Origin: an uncultured bacterium | Lineage (GTDB): Bacteria; Krumholzibacteriota; Krumholzibacteriia; LZORAL124-64-63 | DNA length: 64,000 nucleotides | NCBI GenBank assembly: GCA_963732385.1 | Contig: CAVSZB010000005.1 | Span: 236,790-300,789 of the forward strand | Direction of reading: 5' to 3' | Shown: in pieces, positions 25,364 to 34,157 of the stretch | Layout: each line of letters opens with the position of its first letter | Numbering within the stretch: position 1 is the first letter of the stretch | Made by a program: the position numbers and the translations under genes | Notes under the pieces: generated by a model | The model's database searches: none | The model's input: the letters and a program-made list of their open reading frames with translations, nothing else | Told to the model about the DNA's origin: nothing

Positions 25364-27511
25364 GTGCTCGGCCTCTTCGTCCTGACCAGCTTTCTCTCCG
25401 CCGCGCTGCTGTTCGCCGTCGAACCGATGCTGGGGCGATTCGTATTGCCGCTGCTGGGAGGCAGTCCCGCCGTCTGGAACACCTGCGTGGTGTTCTTCCA
25501 GATCGTCCTGCTCGCCGGCTATGGCTACACGCACCTGACCACCCGCCGGCTGCGGCCACGCGCACAGGCGCTGGTGCACGCGCTGGTTGTTCTGGCGGCC
25601 TTCGTCTCGCTGCCGCTCGCGTTGCCCAATGGCGCCACCCCCCCCGTAACGGACATGCCGGCCGTCTGGCTGCTCGGCCTGCTCGCGGCCACCGCCGGCC
25701 TGCCCTTCTTCGCGGTCGCGACCACGGCTCCGCTCCTGCAGCACTGGTTCTCCCGCACTCGCCACCCGCGCGCCCACGACCCCTACTTCCTCTATGCCGC
25801 GGGCAACCTCGGCAGCGTGATCGGTCTGCTCGCCTACCCGCTGCTGATCGAGCCGGCGCTGGCTCTGCGCGCCCAGGGGGTCGCCTGGGCCATCGCCTTC
25901 GCGGGACTCGCGCTGGGTCTCGCCGGCTGCGCCGCCTTCATGTTGCGCGACGTGCGGGGCGGCGGCGGCGGCGGCGCGCCCGTCCCGACAGGCGCCGGCA
26001 AGCGCGGCAGTTCTGCCGCCGCCCCGTCGTGGAGCCGCCGCCTGCTGTGGCTCGTGCTGGCGGCCGTGCCGTCGAGTCTGACGCTCGGCGTGACCCAGTA
26101 CATCTCGACCGACCTCACCGCGATCCCGCTGGCGTGGATCGTGCCCCTGCTCGTCTACCTGCTGACTTTCGTGGCCGCTTTCTCGACGCGTATCCGACTG
26201 CCGCTGCGCGCTCTGGGCGTGGCCCTGCTGGTCGTCGCGCCCGGAGCGGGCGTCCTGCTCGCTCTGGCGGTGCATCAACCGGTGTTGCCGCTCATCCTGG
26301 CGCACCTGGTGGCGCTCGCCGTCGCCGCCCTCGTCTGCCACGGACGGCTGGCCGGCACGCGCCCGCACCCCGCGCACCTGACCGGCTTCTACTTCGCGAT
26401 GGCGCTCGGAGGCGTGGTGGGCGGGGCTTTCAACGCCTTCGCGGCCCCGCTCCTGTTCGACTCGGTCCTGGAATACCCGATCGCCCTTCTGGCGGCCTGC
26501 CTCCTCGCTCCGGTCGGCGGCTGGCCGCAGCGGGGCAACGGCGCGGCGCGCGCCGTCGCCCGCACACTGCGCTGGTGGCGACCGGCTGCCGTCCCCCTTC
26601 TCGCCGCGGGATTCGCCCTCGTCGCGCAGCATGCCGTCAACGTGGATCCAGGCGTGCGGGTCCTGCTGCGCTCGCGCACATTCTTCGGCGTGCACAAGGT
26701 CCTCGCGGATCGGGGCCAGTGGTACGACCTCATGAACGGCACGATCCTGCACGGAACGCAGTCACATCAGACGGATCCCCGCACAGGCTTCTACTGGGGG
26801 CGGATGCCGACCGCGTACTACCACGAGTCCGGCCCGATCGGCGATGTCTTCCGCGTCTTCGGCGGGCAGCCCAAATTGGCCCGCGTCGCCGTGACCGGGC
26901 TGGGGGCAGGCACTCTGGCGGCTTACGCTGTTCGGGGGCAGGAGATCGACTTCTACGAAATCGACCCCGAGGTCGCCCGCATCGCCTCGGACCGGCGTTA
27001 CTTCACCTATTTGGCCGATGCGCGCGGGCGCGGCGCGGCCGTCAATGTCGTCATGGGCGACGGCCGCCTGACGCTCGCCCGCCACACCGGCTCCCCGTAC
27101 GGCCTGATCGTGCTCGACGCCTTCTCGGGCGATGCCGTCCCCATCCACCTGCTCACACGCGAGGGAATGCTCGTCTATCGCGACCACCTCGCGCCGGGCG
27201 GCCTTCTCGCCTTCCACATCTCGAGCCAGTTCTTCGATTTCCGCCCCGTCCTCGCCGCGATCGCCAGGAACCTCGGCATGGTGGCCTGGTTCCGCGATGA
27301 CTCGGAGTTGACGGCTGCCGATCGGGACCGGGCGAAGCGCCCCTCCTGGTGGGTGCTGATCGCCCGCGCCGACGCTGACCTCGGCCCGCTCGCCCGGGAC
27401 CCCAACTGGGTCCGGCTCTCGCCGTCGCCGCGGGTCCCGGTGTGGACCGACGATCACGCCAACCTGCTCGACGTCTTCATGCCGTCCATTTTTCCCGGCC
27501 GAGGGAACTAG
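25364..27511 (+). CDS. Fused polytopic membrane domain + spermidine-synthase-like methyltransferase-fold protein
   Basis: The N-terminal ~400 aa are multi-TM (LLFAVEPMLGRFVLPLLGGSPAVWNTCVVFFQIVLLAGYGY). The C-terminal part is SpeE-like (VAVTGLGAGTLAAY...IVLDAFSGDAVPIHLLTREG...LAPGGLLAFHIS). Confidence 0.8.
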   Translation: MLGLFVLTSFLSAALLFAVEPMLGRFVLPLLGGSPAVWNTCVVFFQIVLLAGYGYTHLTTRRLRPRAQALVHALVVLAAFVSLPLALPNGATPPVTDMPAVWLLGLLAATAGLPFFAVATTAPLLQHWFSRTRHPRAHDPYFLYAAGNLGSVIGLLAYPLLIEPALALRAQGVAWAIAFAGLALGLAGCAAFMLRDVRGGGGGGAPVPTGAGKRGSSAAAPSWSRRLLWLVLAAVPSSLTLGVTQYISTDLTAIPLAWIVPLLVYLLTFVAAFSTRIRLPLRALGVALLVVAPGAGVLLALAVHQPVLPLILAHLVALAVAALVCHGRLAGTRPHPAHLTGFYFAMALGGVVGGAFNAFAAPLLFDSVLEYPIALLAACLLAPVGGWPQRGNGAARAVARTLRWWRPAAVPLLAAGFALVAQHAVNVDPGVRVLLRSRTFFGVHKVLADRGQWYDLMNGTILHGTQSHQTDPRTGFYWGRMPTAYYHESGPIGDVFRVFGGQPKLARVAVTGLGAGTLAAYAVRGQEIDFYEIDPEVARIASDRRYFTYLADARGRGAAVNVVMGDGRLTLARHTGSPYGLIVLDAFSGDAVPIHLLTREGMLVYRDHLAPGGLLAFHISSQFFDFRPVLAAIARNLGMVAWFRDDSELTAADRDRAKRPSWWVLIARADADLGPLARDPNWVRLSPSPRVPVWTDDHANLLDVFMPSIFPGRGN

Positions 27512-27550
27512 CTCCCGCCCGGCGGCGCCATCTGGTTGCCGTCATCTTTC

Positions 27551-29278
27551 CTACCGGGTGATGACTAGTCGCGCCACTCGCGATTCACCGCGCGCCGTCA
27601 GCCGTGCGTAATAGACGCCCGCGGGCACTGGTCGCCCCGCGGCATCTTGCCCGTCCCAGCCCAGCACGTGCTCGCCGACTGCCGCGGACTCGTTGAAAAG
27701 CGCTCGCACGAGTCGCCCCCGCACGTCGTACAGATCGACCCTGGCGCTTGCGGCGGCGCCCAGCGCGAAGCGCAGCGCACTCCCACCGCCCGAAGGATTC
27801 GGCCCGTTGATCGCAAGTTCGAGGTCCCCCGCCCGGTTCCCGTCCGCGACGCCGACCACCAGGGGAGCCCCCAGCGTGCCGTCGGCGCCGATCCTGCTGG
27901 CGTAGATGTCCCAACTCGGGTTCACGCGATAGTCTTCCCACACGACGACGGCACCGCCCGCACCATCGCCGAGGATGGCCGGCAGGGTCTGGCTGTCAGC
28001 CGCGGTCGAGACGGCGACTCCGTTGGCCGCCCACTGGCCGATGCCGGTCGTGTCGAGGCGCTGGGCGAAGATGTCATAGTAGTAGCCGTCCGTGCGGCGA
28101 TCCTGCCACGTGATGACCGCCCCGCCGGCGCCATCGCGCGCGATCGCCGCCACGGCCTGATCGTAGGCGGCCCCCGAGACGAGCGTCCCGTCGGCAGCCC
28201 ACAGCCCGACGCCCGCGGCGTCGAGACGCTGCGCGTAGACATCGTAGCCGGCCCCGGAGCGCTTGTCGTTCCAGGCGATGATCGCCCCGCCGCTGCCGTC
28301 GCCGGCCAGGACGGGCGCCTCCTGATAGTCCGCGGCCACGCAGACGCTGTCCCCCCCGGCCGTCCACTGCGCGGCCCCTGCGCCGTCGATCTTCTGCGCA
28401 TAGATGTCGGAGCTGGAGCCACGGCGGTAGTCCTGCCAGGCGATGATCGCCCCGCCGGATCCGTCACTGACGATGTTGGGGTAGATCTGGAAACTGCTCT
28501 CCGTCGAAATGGCCACGCCGTTGGGCGTCCATTGCGCCACGCCGGCACTGCTGATGCGCTGGGCGTAGACGTCGTTGTCGCCCCCGCGCTGGTCGTACCA
28601 CGTGATGATGGCGCCGCCGGCGCCGTCGGTGACGATCATCGGCCGTCGCTGGGCCGTCACGGCCGTGCAGACCGCGACTCCGTTGGGCGTCCATTGCACC
28701 ACGCCCAGGGAATCGACCCGCTGGGCGTAGATGTCGTAGTTGGTTCCGCGACCATCCTCCCAGGTGATGATCGCGCCCCCGCCGCCATCGCTGACGATCT
28801 GCGGCTTGCCCTGGGTTCCGGCCAGCACGCAGATCCCGAGACCGTCGGCCGCCCACTGCACCGTTCCGGACGCGGTGACACGACGGGCGTAGATGTCACG
28901 GTTGAAACCGCCGGGACGGTTATCCTCCCACGTGACGATGGCTCCGCCGGCGCCGTCGCCCACGAGCATGGGATATTCCTGGGCAAGCGCCGCCATGGAC
29001 AGAGCGATGCCGTTGACCGCCCATTCCGCCGCACCCGTCCGATCCATCCGCTGGACATAGATGTCCGCGTAGCCGTTCCTGTGGTCCTGCCAGGCTATGA
29101 TCGCACCATCGGCGCTATCGCCTGTAATCGAGGGAAGCCGTTGATTGCCCGTTGAAGTGCAGATCGGATTGTTTGTCGTCTGATCACCGGACCATTGGGC
29201 AAGAGACGGCGTGGCGCACAGGCACACCATGAGGGCCCAGGGAAATCTGGCGCGCAGGAAATTGGCAGAGGCTTTCAT
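27551..29278 (-). CDS. Secreted protein with 8 tandem ~54-aa repeats and a C-terminal FlgD-Ig/T9SS-like domain
   Basis: Signal peptide MKASANFLRARFPWALMVCLCATPSLAQ (GGGAGA 5 nt before ATG 29278). There are eight units of the type GGAIITWxDxRxGxxDIYAQRxxxxGxxQWxxNGVAV. The tail reads RVDLYDVRGRLVRAL...GVYYARL. Confidence 0.75.
   Translation of the reverse strand: MKASANFLRARFPWALMVCLCATPSLAQWSGDQTTNNPICTSTGNQRLPSITGDSADGAIIAWQDHRNGYADIYVQRMDRTGAAEWAVNGIALSMAALAQEYPMLVGDGAGGAIVTWEDNRPGGFNRDIYARRVTASGTVQWAADGLGICVLAGTQGKPQIVSDGGGGAIITWEDGRGTNYDIYAQRVDSLGVVQWTPNGVAVCTAVTAQRRPMIVTDGAGGAIITWYDQRGGDNDVYAQRISSAGVAQWTPNGVAISTESSFQIYPNIVSDGSGGAIIAWQDYRRGSSSDIYAQKIDGAGAAQWTAGGDSVCVAADYQEAPVLAGDGSGGAIIAWNDKRSGAGYDVYAQRLDAAGVGLWAADGTLVSGAAYDQAVAAIARDGAGGAVITWQDRRTDGYYYDIFAQRLDTTGIGQWAANGVAVSTAADSQTLPAILGDGAGGAVVVWEDYRVNPSWDIYASRIGADGTLGAPLVVGVADGNRAGDLELAINGPNPSGGGSALRFALGAAASARVDLYDVRGRLVRALFNESAAVGEHVLGWDGQDAAGRPVPAGVYYARLTARGESRVARLVITR
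27850..29145 (-). repeat. Eight tandem ~162-nt coding repeats (candidate 8-bladed propeller)
   Basis: GGAI/GGAV...W(E/Q/Y/N)D...DIYA(Q/R/S)R recurs 8 times in the translation, with a 54-56 aa period. Confidence 0.65.
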
Positions 29279-29747
29279 CGGATCTCCCATTCGGAAACGT
29301 TCACCAGTAGTGATGGTTCTTGCTGGCCCGTTCGTCAGACTTCGCCCACGGCCGTTTCGGCAGCGATGGAGAAGATCGCCGAGCAGCCATGGCTCACTCA
29401 CGCCTGGGCCGTCGCGCAGGCCGGAAGCAGGACTGTGGCAATCAGCAGGAGCGTGAGGGAACTGCGCATGGCGGTAGTCCATTCGGTTGATGATCCCTGT
29501 CAGGATTGCCGCGTCCGGCCGGAACGCGGGCGGCGCCTGAATACCGACTAAAACCTATCGGATTAATGGGAGTTATGTCAATCAGAATGGGAAACGCCGA
29601 TCCGAGGCTCAGCAGAGACGGCTTCCGACCCCGTCGTGAGCGGCCGCGACCTCTCTCCGGGCGGAATTTCCGCCCCGACACCCACACCCCAATTCGCGCC
29701 CCCGCACAGGGACGGGTGGGATTATTGAAAGGCACAGGGGGGGACGA

Positions 29748-31472
29748 TCACCACACAGCAAGGAACCGCCGATACCGGCCGTACTTCTCGCTCGACATTC
29801 GTTCATTCATGACCATGGCCTCAAGCCAACCGTGAAACTCCTCGGCCCGCGCCCGCAGCGCGGATCGCGGGATGCCCAAGACGTCGCGATCGGGGATCTG
29901 CAGCTCCCGCGTCGCATCCAGAGCAAGCGCCCGCGCCAGATGCGCAGCAGCCCGCTCGTAGTTTCCGGCGATGACATGAAGCTCCGCAGCGTAGAGCAGT
30001 GCATCGTGGGTGGTCCCCCACACTTGGAATCCACGGCCCTTCTCGCAAAGCACGAATGCATCGGCCGGCGTCTCCAGCAAGGAGTTCGTCCACTGGGCGC
30101 GACCCAACGGGCCCAGCAGCAGTCCCACCCCCAGCGGTCCCGCGAGCGCGGTGTACCGCGGGGTCTCGAGGGCTGCCTTGGCAGTGGCCGGACCGCGATC
30201 ACCGTCGTGAGTTGTCAATTGTGCCTGGAAGATGAACAGATCGAATGGACCACTCCTGGATTCCGGCGGCAGGAACTCGCGGATTGCCTTGGCAGCTTCG
30301 CGCGCTGTCTGTGACGCGCAAACCACCGGATCGGCCGGAAGGCCATCCGCCTCCGGCCTCGATATCCATTCGCGCATTGTGACTTGGCCCCAGAAGATCG
30401 TTCCGATTGCCAACCCTGCGGCGGTCAAACCGTTCAATCGCAAACGGACAGGCACCAGGCTAGCCAGGGTGAGAGAACCGGCTGCAGCCGCCAAGTACCC
30501 CATGTAGGGCCGGGCCTGGTTGACGAGCGGCAACACCGGTCCAAGGCTCAGCAGGGCGCAGGCCCAGGCCGTCAACGGCAGTTGCCGTCCGCGACGCCAG
30601 GCCTGCGCGCCGTACACTCCCCACGCCACGAAGAGGGCGATGCCGACCCCGGCCAGGGTCCAGGTCACCTGCGCGGTGAAGACCGGGCCCGGCGTGGGCA
30701 GCCACCAGCCGAACTTGCCCAGATTGCCCAGCATCACCAGCGCCCCGCCAAGAGCATACGGATCACGTGGCCCCGTGGCGAAATGCCGGAGGATCAGCGC
30801 ACTCTCCCACGCGGCAACGCCGGCAACAAGAACCGCCACGCTCCAACGGAGACGGACGCCAACGCCCCCCGAGGCGCGACGCGCAACCAGCGACGCCATG
30901 AAGAAGAATGGCAGCGCGAGCGCCGACTCCTTCGCCAGGATCGAGCCGATCCCCAGCAGGCCCGCAAGCAGTACATCGGCGCGCCCGACAGCCAGCCATC
31001 TCTCGATGGCCAACAACGCCAGCACTCCGCCCAGTAGCTCCTGAATACCCGAGGCCCAGTACAGCGGAGTGAATGCGATCGGTGTGGCTGCGAACAGCAG
31101 TCCGGCCAGCAACTGCGCCGGCGGCCCCAACGATGCCCGCCGCGCAATCCCGACAACGGTCACCGCAGCGATCGCGTGCAGTAGAATGCGCAGCCACGCG
31201 TGCGCCGCCGCATCGAGGCCGAACAACGGCCACGTGATGGACCACCAGGCGTGCTGACTCAACCACCGAGCCGGGAATCCCGCAGGGACCTCGATCCGAC
31301 CGGCAGCGCGGGCAAGCTGACCCCAGTCGTCCAGGCACCACCAGGACCCCAAGGCAGGTATCCTGGCTAAGACAGCGACGGGCAGCACGGCCATCGGGAT
31401 CGCCCAGGCGCGCCCGACCACCAACGCCTCGAAGCCGCGCCACGAGGCTTCAGTACGTGCCTGCTTCTGCAT
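29748..31472 (-). CDS. Polytopic membrane protein, GT-C-glycosyltransferase-like, with a TPR-like C-terminus
   Basis: About 11 TM segments. An acidic motif follows the first TM (WWCLDDWGQLARAAG), as in PMT/ArnT-type GT-C enzymes. The soluble tail reads AELHVIAGNYERAAAHLARALALD. Start chosen at ATG 31472 (MQKQARTEASWRG). Confidence 0.55.
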   Translation of the reverse strand: MQKQARTEASWRGFEALVVGRAWAIPMAVLPVAVLARIPALGSWWCLDDWGQLARAAGRIEVPAGFPARWLSQHAWWSITWPLFGLDAAAHAWLRILLHAIAAVTVVGIARRASLGPPAQLLAGLLFAATPIAFTPLYWASGIQELLGGVLALLAIERWLAVGRADVLLAGLLGIGSILAKESALALPFFFMASLVARRASGGVGVRLRWSVAVLVAGVAAWESALILRHFATGPRDPYALGGALVMLGNLGKFGWWLPTPGPVFTAQVTWTLAGVGIALFVAWGVYGAQAWRRGRQLPLTAWACALLSLGPVLPLVNQARPYMGYLAAAAGSLTLASLVPVRLRLNGLTAAGLAIGTIFWGQVTMREWISRPEADGLPADPVVCASQTAREAAKAIREFLPPESRSGPFDLFIFQAQLTTHDGDRGPATAKAALETPRYTALAGPLGVGLLLGPLGRAQWTNSLLETPADAFVLCEKGRGFQVWGTTHDALLYAAELHVIAGNYERAAAHLARALALDATRELQIPDRDVLGIPRSALRARAEEFHGWLEAMVMNERMSSEKYGRYRRFLAVW

Positions 31473-31770
31473 GCTCACGTCCCCGTCGCTCCTGGCCAAA
31501 GCGCGCCCCCACGTCCCGTGAGTTCTGGGGCCGACAGAGCCACAAGGGGGGCTGAAACCATGCCATGCAAATGTGCATCGCTCATGCCAGTCATGATTGC
31601 CCTCCGCCTTCAGGTACAATCATCGCGTCGAGGACATCTGCTCCGCTGCTGCAGTGGCCTTCATAATTAGCCGCCCAACCAGCCGCTGTTAACCAGGGGA
31701 AGAAAGCCAGGTCACCCCCGCGCTGGTCGATTCGTGGTGGGGAGAGCAGGTCGGTGGGCGGGGGCTGTAC

Positions 31771-32259
31771 CTAACGATAGATAGCCTTAATCGTACCCCA
31801 ACTGGCGCCTTGTTGGGCCACGGTGGCTCGAGAAACCCAGCTGTAGCCACAAAGCCCGTCGTCCATGCTTAGGTGCTTGTCTCCGGTGTCGGGATACACA
31901 ACGACCTGCACGAAAGCATACCTGGTCGTAGATTCTCCAATCGTGGTGTCCAGCATGTCAACGGGGATGCCAAGAAGGCCCGGCACCTGGGAGAGAACGT
32001 ACGTGCCCTGCGCCTGCAGAACGCCGTTGCGGAAGGTACGGTAGATCGCGCCGTCGGCGGCTGCGCCATACTGGCACTGCAGAGTGAAACCCTCTGTCTG
32101 AGGCGTCGAGACCACGCTGCCATCGTCACATCCGGTGCTTGCCCATTCCCATGAGCCAACAATGAGATCCGCGACCTGCGCCCCGGACAGCAGGGGGGCT
32201 CCAATCACGAGAACAACGAGCAGAAGAGTGGCCGTCAGGTTTTTCAAGAGTCGCAGCAT
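31771..32259 (-). CDS. Small secreted protein of unknown function ending in WGTIKAIYR
   Basis: Signal peptide MLRLLKNLTATLLLVVLVIGAPLLSGAQ, with AGAGGGG before ATG 32259. It contains 3 Cys. The C-terminal tail resembles that of 16867..17514. Confidence 0.6.
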   Translation of the reverse strand: MLRLLKNLTATLLLVVLVIGAPLLSGAQVADLIVGSWEWASTGCDDGSVVSTPQTEGFTLQCQYGAAADGAIYRTFRNGVLQAQGTYVLSQVPGLLGIPVDMLDTTIGESTTRYAFVQVVVYPDTGDKHLSMDDGLCGYSWVSRATVAQQGASWGTIKAIYR

Positions 32260-33112
32260 CCCCTCTGGGCCTCGGCTAATTATGGGGGGAGCGCCGAGAC
32301 GGAGTCAATGGGCGCGGCCGGCACCACCGGCAACAACAACCAATTGAGTTTTCACTTGTGCCAGCCAGAATGAAGAAAGCACGTTTTGGAGAATCAAAGA
32401 GCTTCCAGCGTCCATACCGCCCGGGCAATTTCTCTCTCCACGTCTCTCCCCAATACCGACCCCCGCACCCCAAAACCCGCCCTCGTAACCCGCTGCAACT
32501 GCGCCACAAACAAACGCCCCGATCCAACCCAGACCGGGGCGACCGTCAACTTCTCTGCAAGTCGTTGCTACACTGAAAGTTGTTGGCTCGTCAGGCTGGA
32601 CTCGAACCGGAAGCCCGTCGTTCACAGCCATATGCCTACCATTGATATGCCGGGTGATGCCGGGTGTCGAACTACACGCCACGGGGACTATTTGGCGTGC
32701 TGAAAGATCGCCAGGAATCCGAATACCAGATAATGTTCTGATGTTCTCCGTCCGCAATCCGGGCCTCATCCGCTTCGAGCCGGTGCGCCGGGTGCGACCG
32801 TATTCTCCGCGGCACGGGGCTTGAGACTCGCTCCTTCGACGGTTACTGTGGCGGCCATGTTCGATCGCCTCGCATTGTCCCTCGCCCCCACGATCGTCTG
32901 CCGCTGGCTGCTGCTGGCGGCGGCAGCGGTGTCCGTTCGGGCCGCAGCGGCCCCGTCGGAGGACCGGCCGGATTCCACCATCGGTGTGACCATCGCCGCC
33001 TGCGGTCGGCGCCCCTGCCGGATCGCGCTGGCCGCAGTATCGCCCCCTGGCCGAGGCCCTTTCCCGCTGGCGGGCGCTCGACGGGAGCGCCTGGCGCGAC
33101 TCCCTGCCACGC

Positions 33113-34144
33113 GTGCCGCGGGTCGATCCGGGCGACCGGTATTGCGGTCTGGCGGACGTGGCGCGGCGTTTGCGCGTGCTGGGCGATCTTTCGGCGGCAG
33201 CCGACAGCGCGTCCGAGGACAGCCTGTACGGCGAACCGCTGCTGTCTGCCGTGCACCGCTTCCAGGCACGGCACGGTCTGGCTTCCGACGGGGTGATCGG
33301 CCGCGCCACCTTCGGCCAGCTCGACATTCCGCCGGCGGGCCGCGCCCGGCAGATCGAGTTGTCGCTGGCGCGCCTGGACCGGCTGCCGGAGCCGCCCGCC
33401 GGTCCGGCGATCGTCGTCAACATCCCGGCGTTCCGGCTGTACGGCTTCGCCTCCGCCGTTGGCGACACCGCGCCCTCGCTCGAGATGGGGGTGATCGTCG
33501 GCAAGGTCGCCACGCCGACACCGGTGTTCGCGGACACGATGCGCTACGTCATCCTGCGCCCGTTCTGGCACCCGCCGCGCAGCATCATCACCGGTGAGAT
33601 CCTGCCCGCCATCGAGCAGGATCCGGGCTATCTCGACGCCCACGAGATGGAGCTCTGCCCCTCGGCGAACGACCTGGTGCCGGCCCTGCCGCTCACGCCG
33701 GAAAATCTCGAGCGCCTGCGCGCCGGCACCGCGCGCGTGCGCCAGCGCCCCGGCCCGCGGAACACGCTCGGCCTGGTGAAATTCCTGTTCCCCAACCGAC
33801 ACATGATCTACCTGCACGGGGCATCAGGGTACGCACTCTTCGCGCGGACGCGACGCGACTTCAGCCACGGCTGCGTGCGGGTGGAGGATCCCGAGGCGCT
33901 GGCGGAGTTCGTGCTGGCGGGCGAGCCGGGCTGGACGCGGCAGGAGATTGCCGGGGCGATGGAGGGGGAGAAATCGACGCGCGTGGACCTCACCCACACG
34001 CTCCCGGTCATCATCACCTACCTGACCGCCTGGCCCCGCGGGGACGGTGTGATCGTTTTCTGCGAGGATCTCTACGACCTGGATGCGGCGGAAACGCTCC
34101 CCGTACCGCCGGCGGCCATGGAGACGCTGATCTCCGCGCCCTGA
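33113..34144 (+). CDS. L,D-transpeptidase (YcbB/YkuD type) with a PG-binding domain; the 5' end appears disrupted
   Basis: PG-binding motif LLSAVHRFQARHGLASDGVIGRATFGQL and catalytic motif YLHG...SHGCVRVEDP. Family-like sequence in this frame already starts at 32990 (RWPQYRPLAEALSRWRALDGSAWRDSLP), with no start codon before GTG 33113. A signal peptide lies in another frame (ATG 32857). Confidence 0.7.
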   Translation: MPRVDPGDRYCGLADVARRLRVLGDLSAAADSASEDSLYGEPLLSAVHRFQARHGLASDGVIGRATFGQLDIPPAGRARQIELSLARLDRLPEPPAGPAIVVNIPAFRLYGFASAVGDTAPSLEMGVIVGKVATPTPVFADTMRYVILRPFWHPPRSIITGEILPAIEQDPGYLDAHEMELCPSANDLVPALPLTPENLERLRAGTARVRQRPGPRNTLGLVKFLFPNRHMIYLHGASGYALFARTRRDFSHGCVRVEDPEALAEFVLAGEPGWTRQEIAGAMEGEKSTRVDLTHTLPVIITYLTAWPRGDGVIVFCEDLYDLDAAETLPVPPAAMETLISAP

Positions 34145-34157
34145 TCCCACCGTTGCG

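Noticed and set aside
29398-29469. 23-codon minus-strand mini-ORF encoding only a lipoprotein-like signal peptide (MRSSLTLLLIATVLLPACATAQA, then a stop), in the leader of the 8-repeat protein gene.
   Set aside because: It is too short to call and out of frame with the downstream gene, which has its own signal peptide and a good RBS. It could be a relic of an older start or a chance ORF. There is no evidence for a leader-peptide mechanism.
32584-32700. Whether the T-loop-like sequences here (GGTTCGAGTCC, and a second GTAGTTCGACAC about 70 nt away) constitute a complete tRNA, tRNA-Sec or tmRNA gene.
   Set aside because: I found no complementary 5' acceptor strand for a 7- or 8-bp stem. There are mismatches in the T-stem and no G3:U70-type tmRNA acceptor or GGGG 5' end. 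It is reported only as a fragment-like remnant in the findings, not as an RNA gene.
32305-33537. 410-aa minus-strand ORF spanning the non-coding island and the 5' part of the L,D-transpeptidase locus.
   Set aside because: The composition is Arg/Ala/Gly/Pro-rich with no motifs. It overlaps the well-supported plus-strand Ldt body and signal peptide. It is most likely a shadow ORF.
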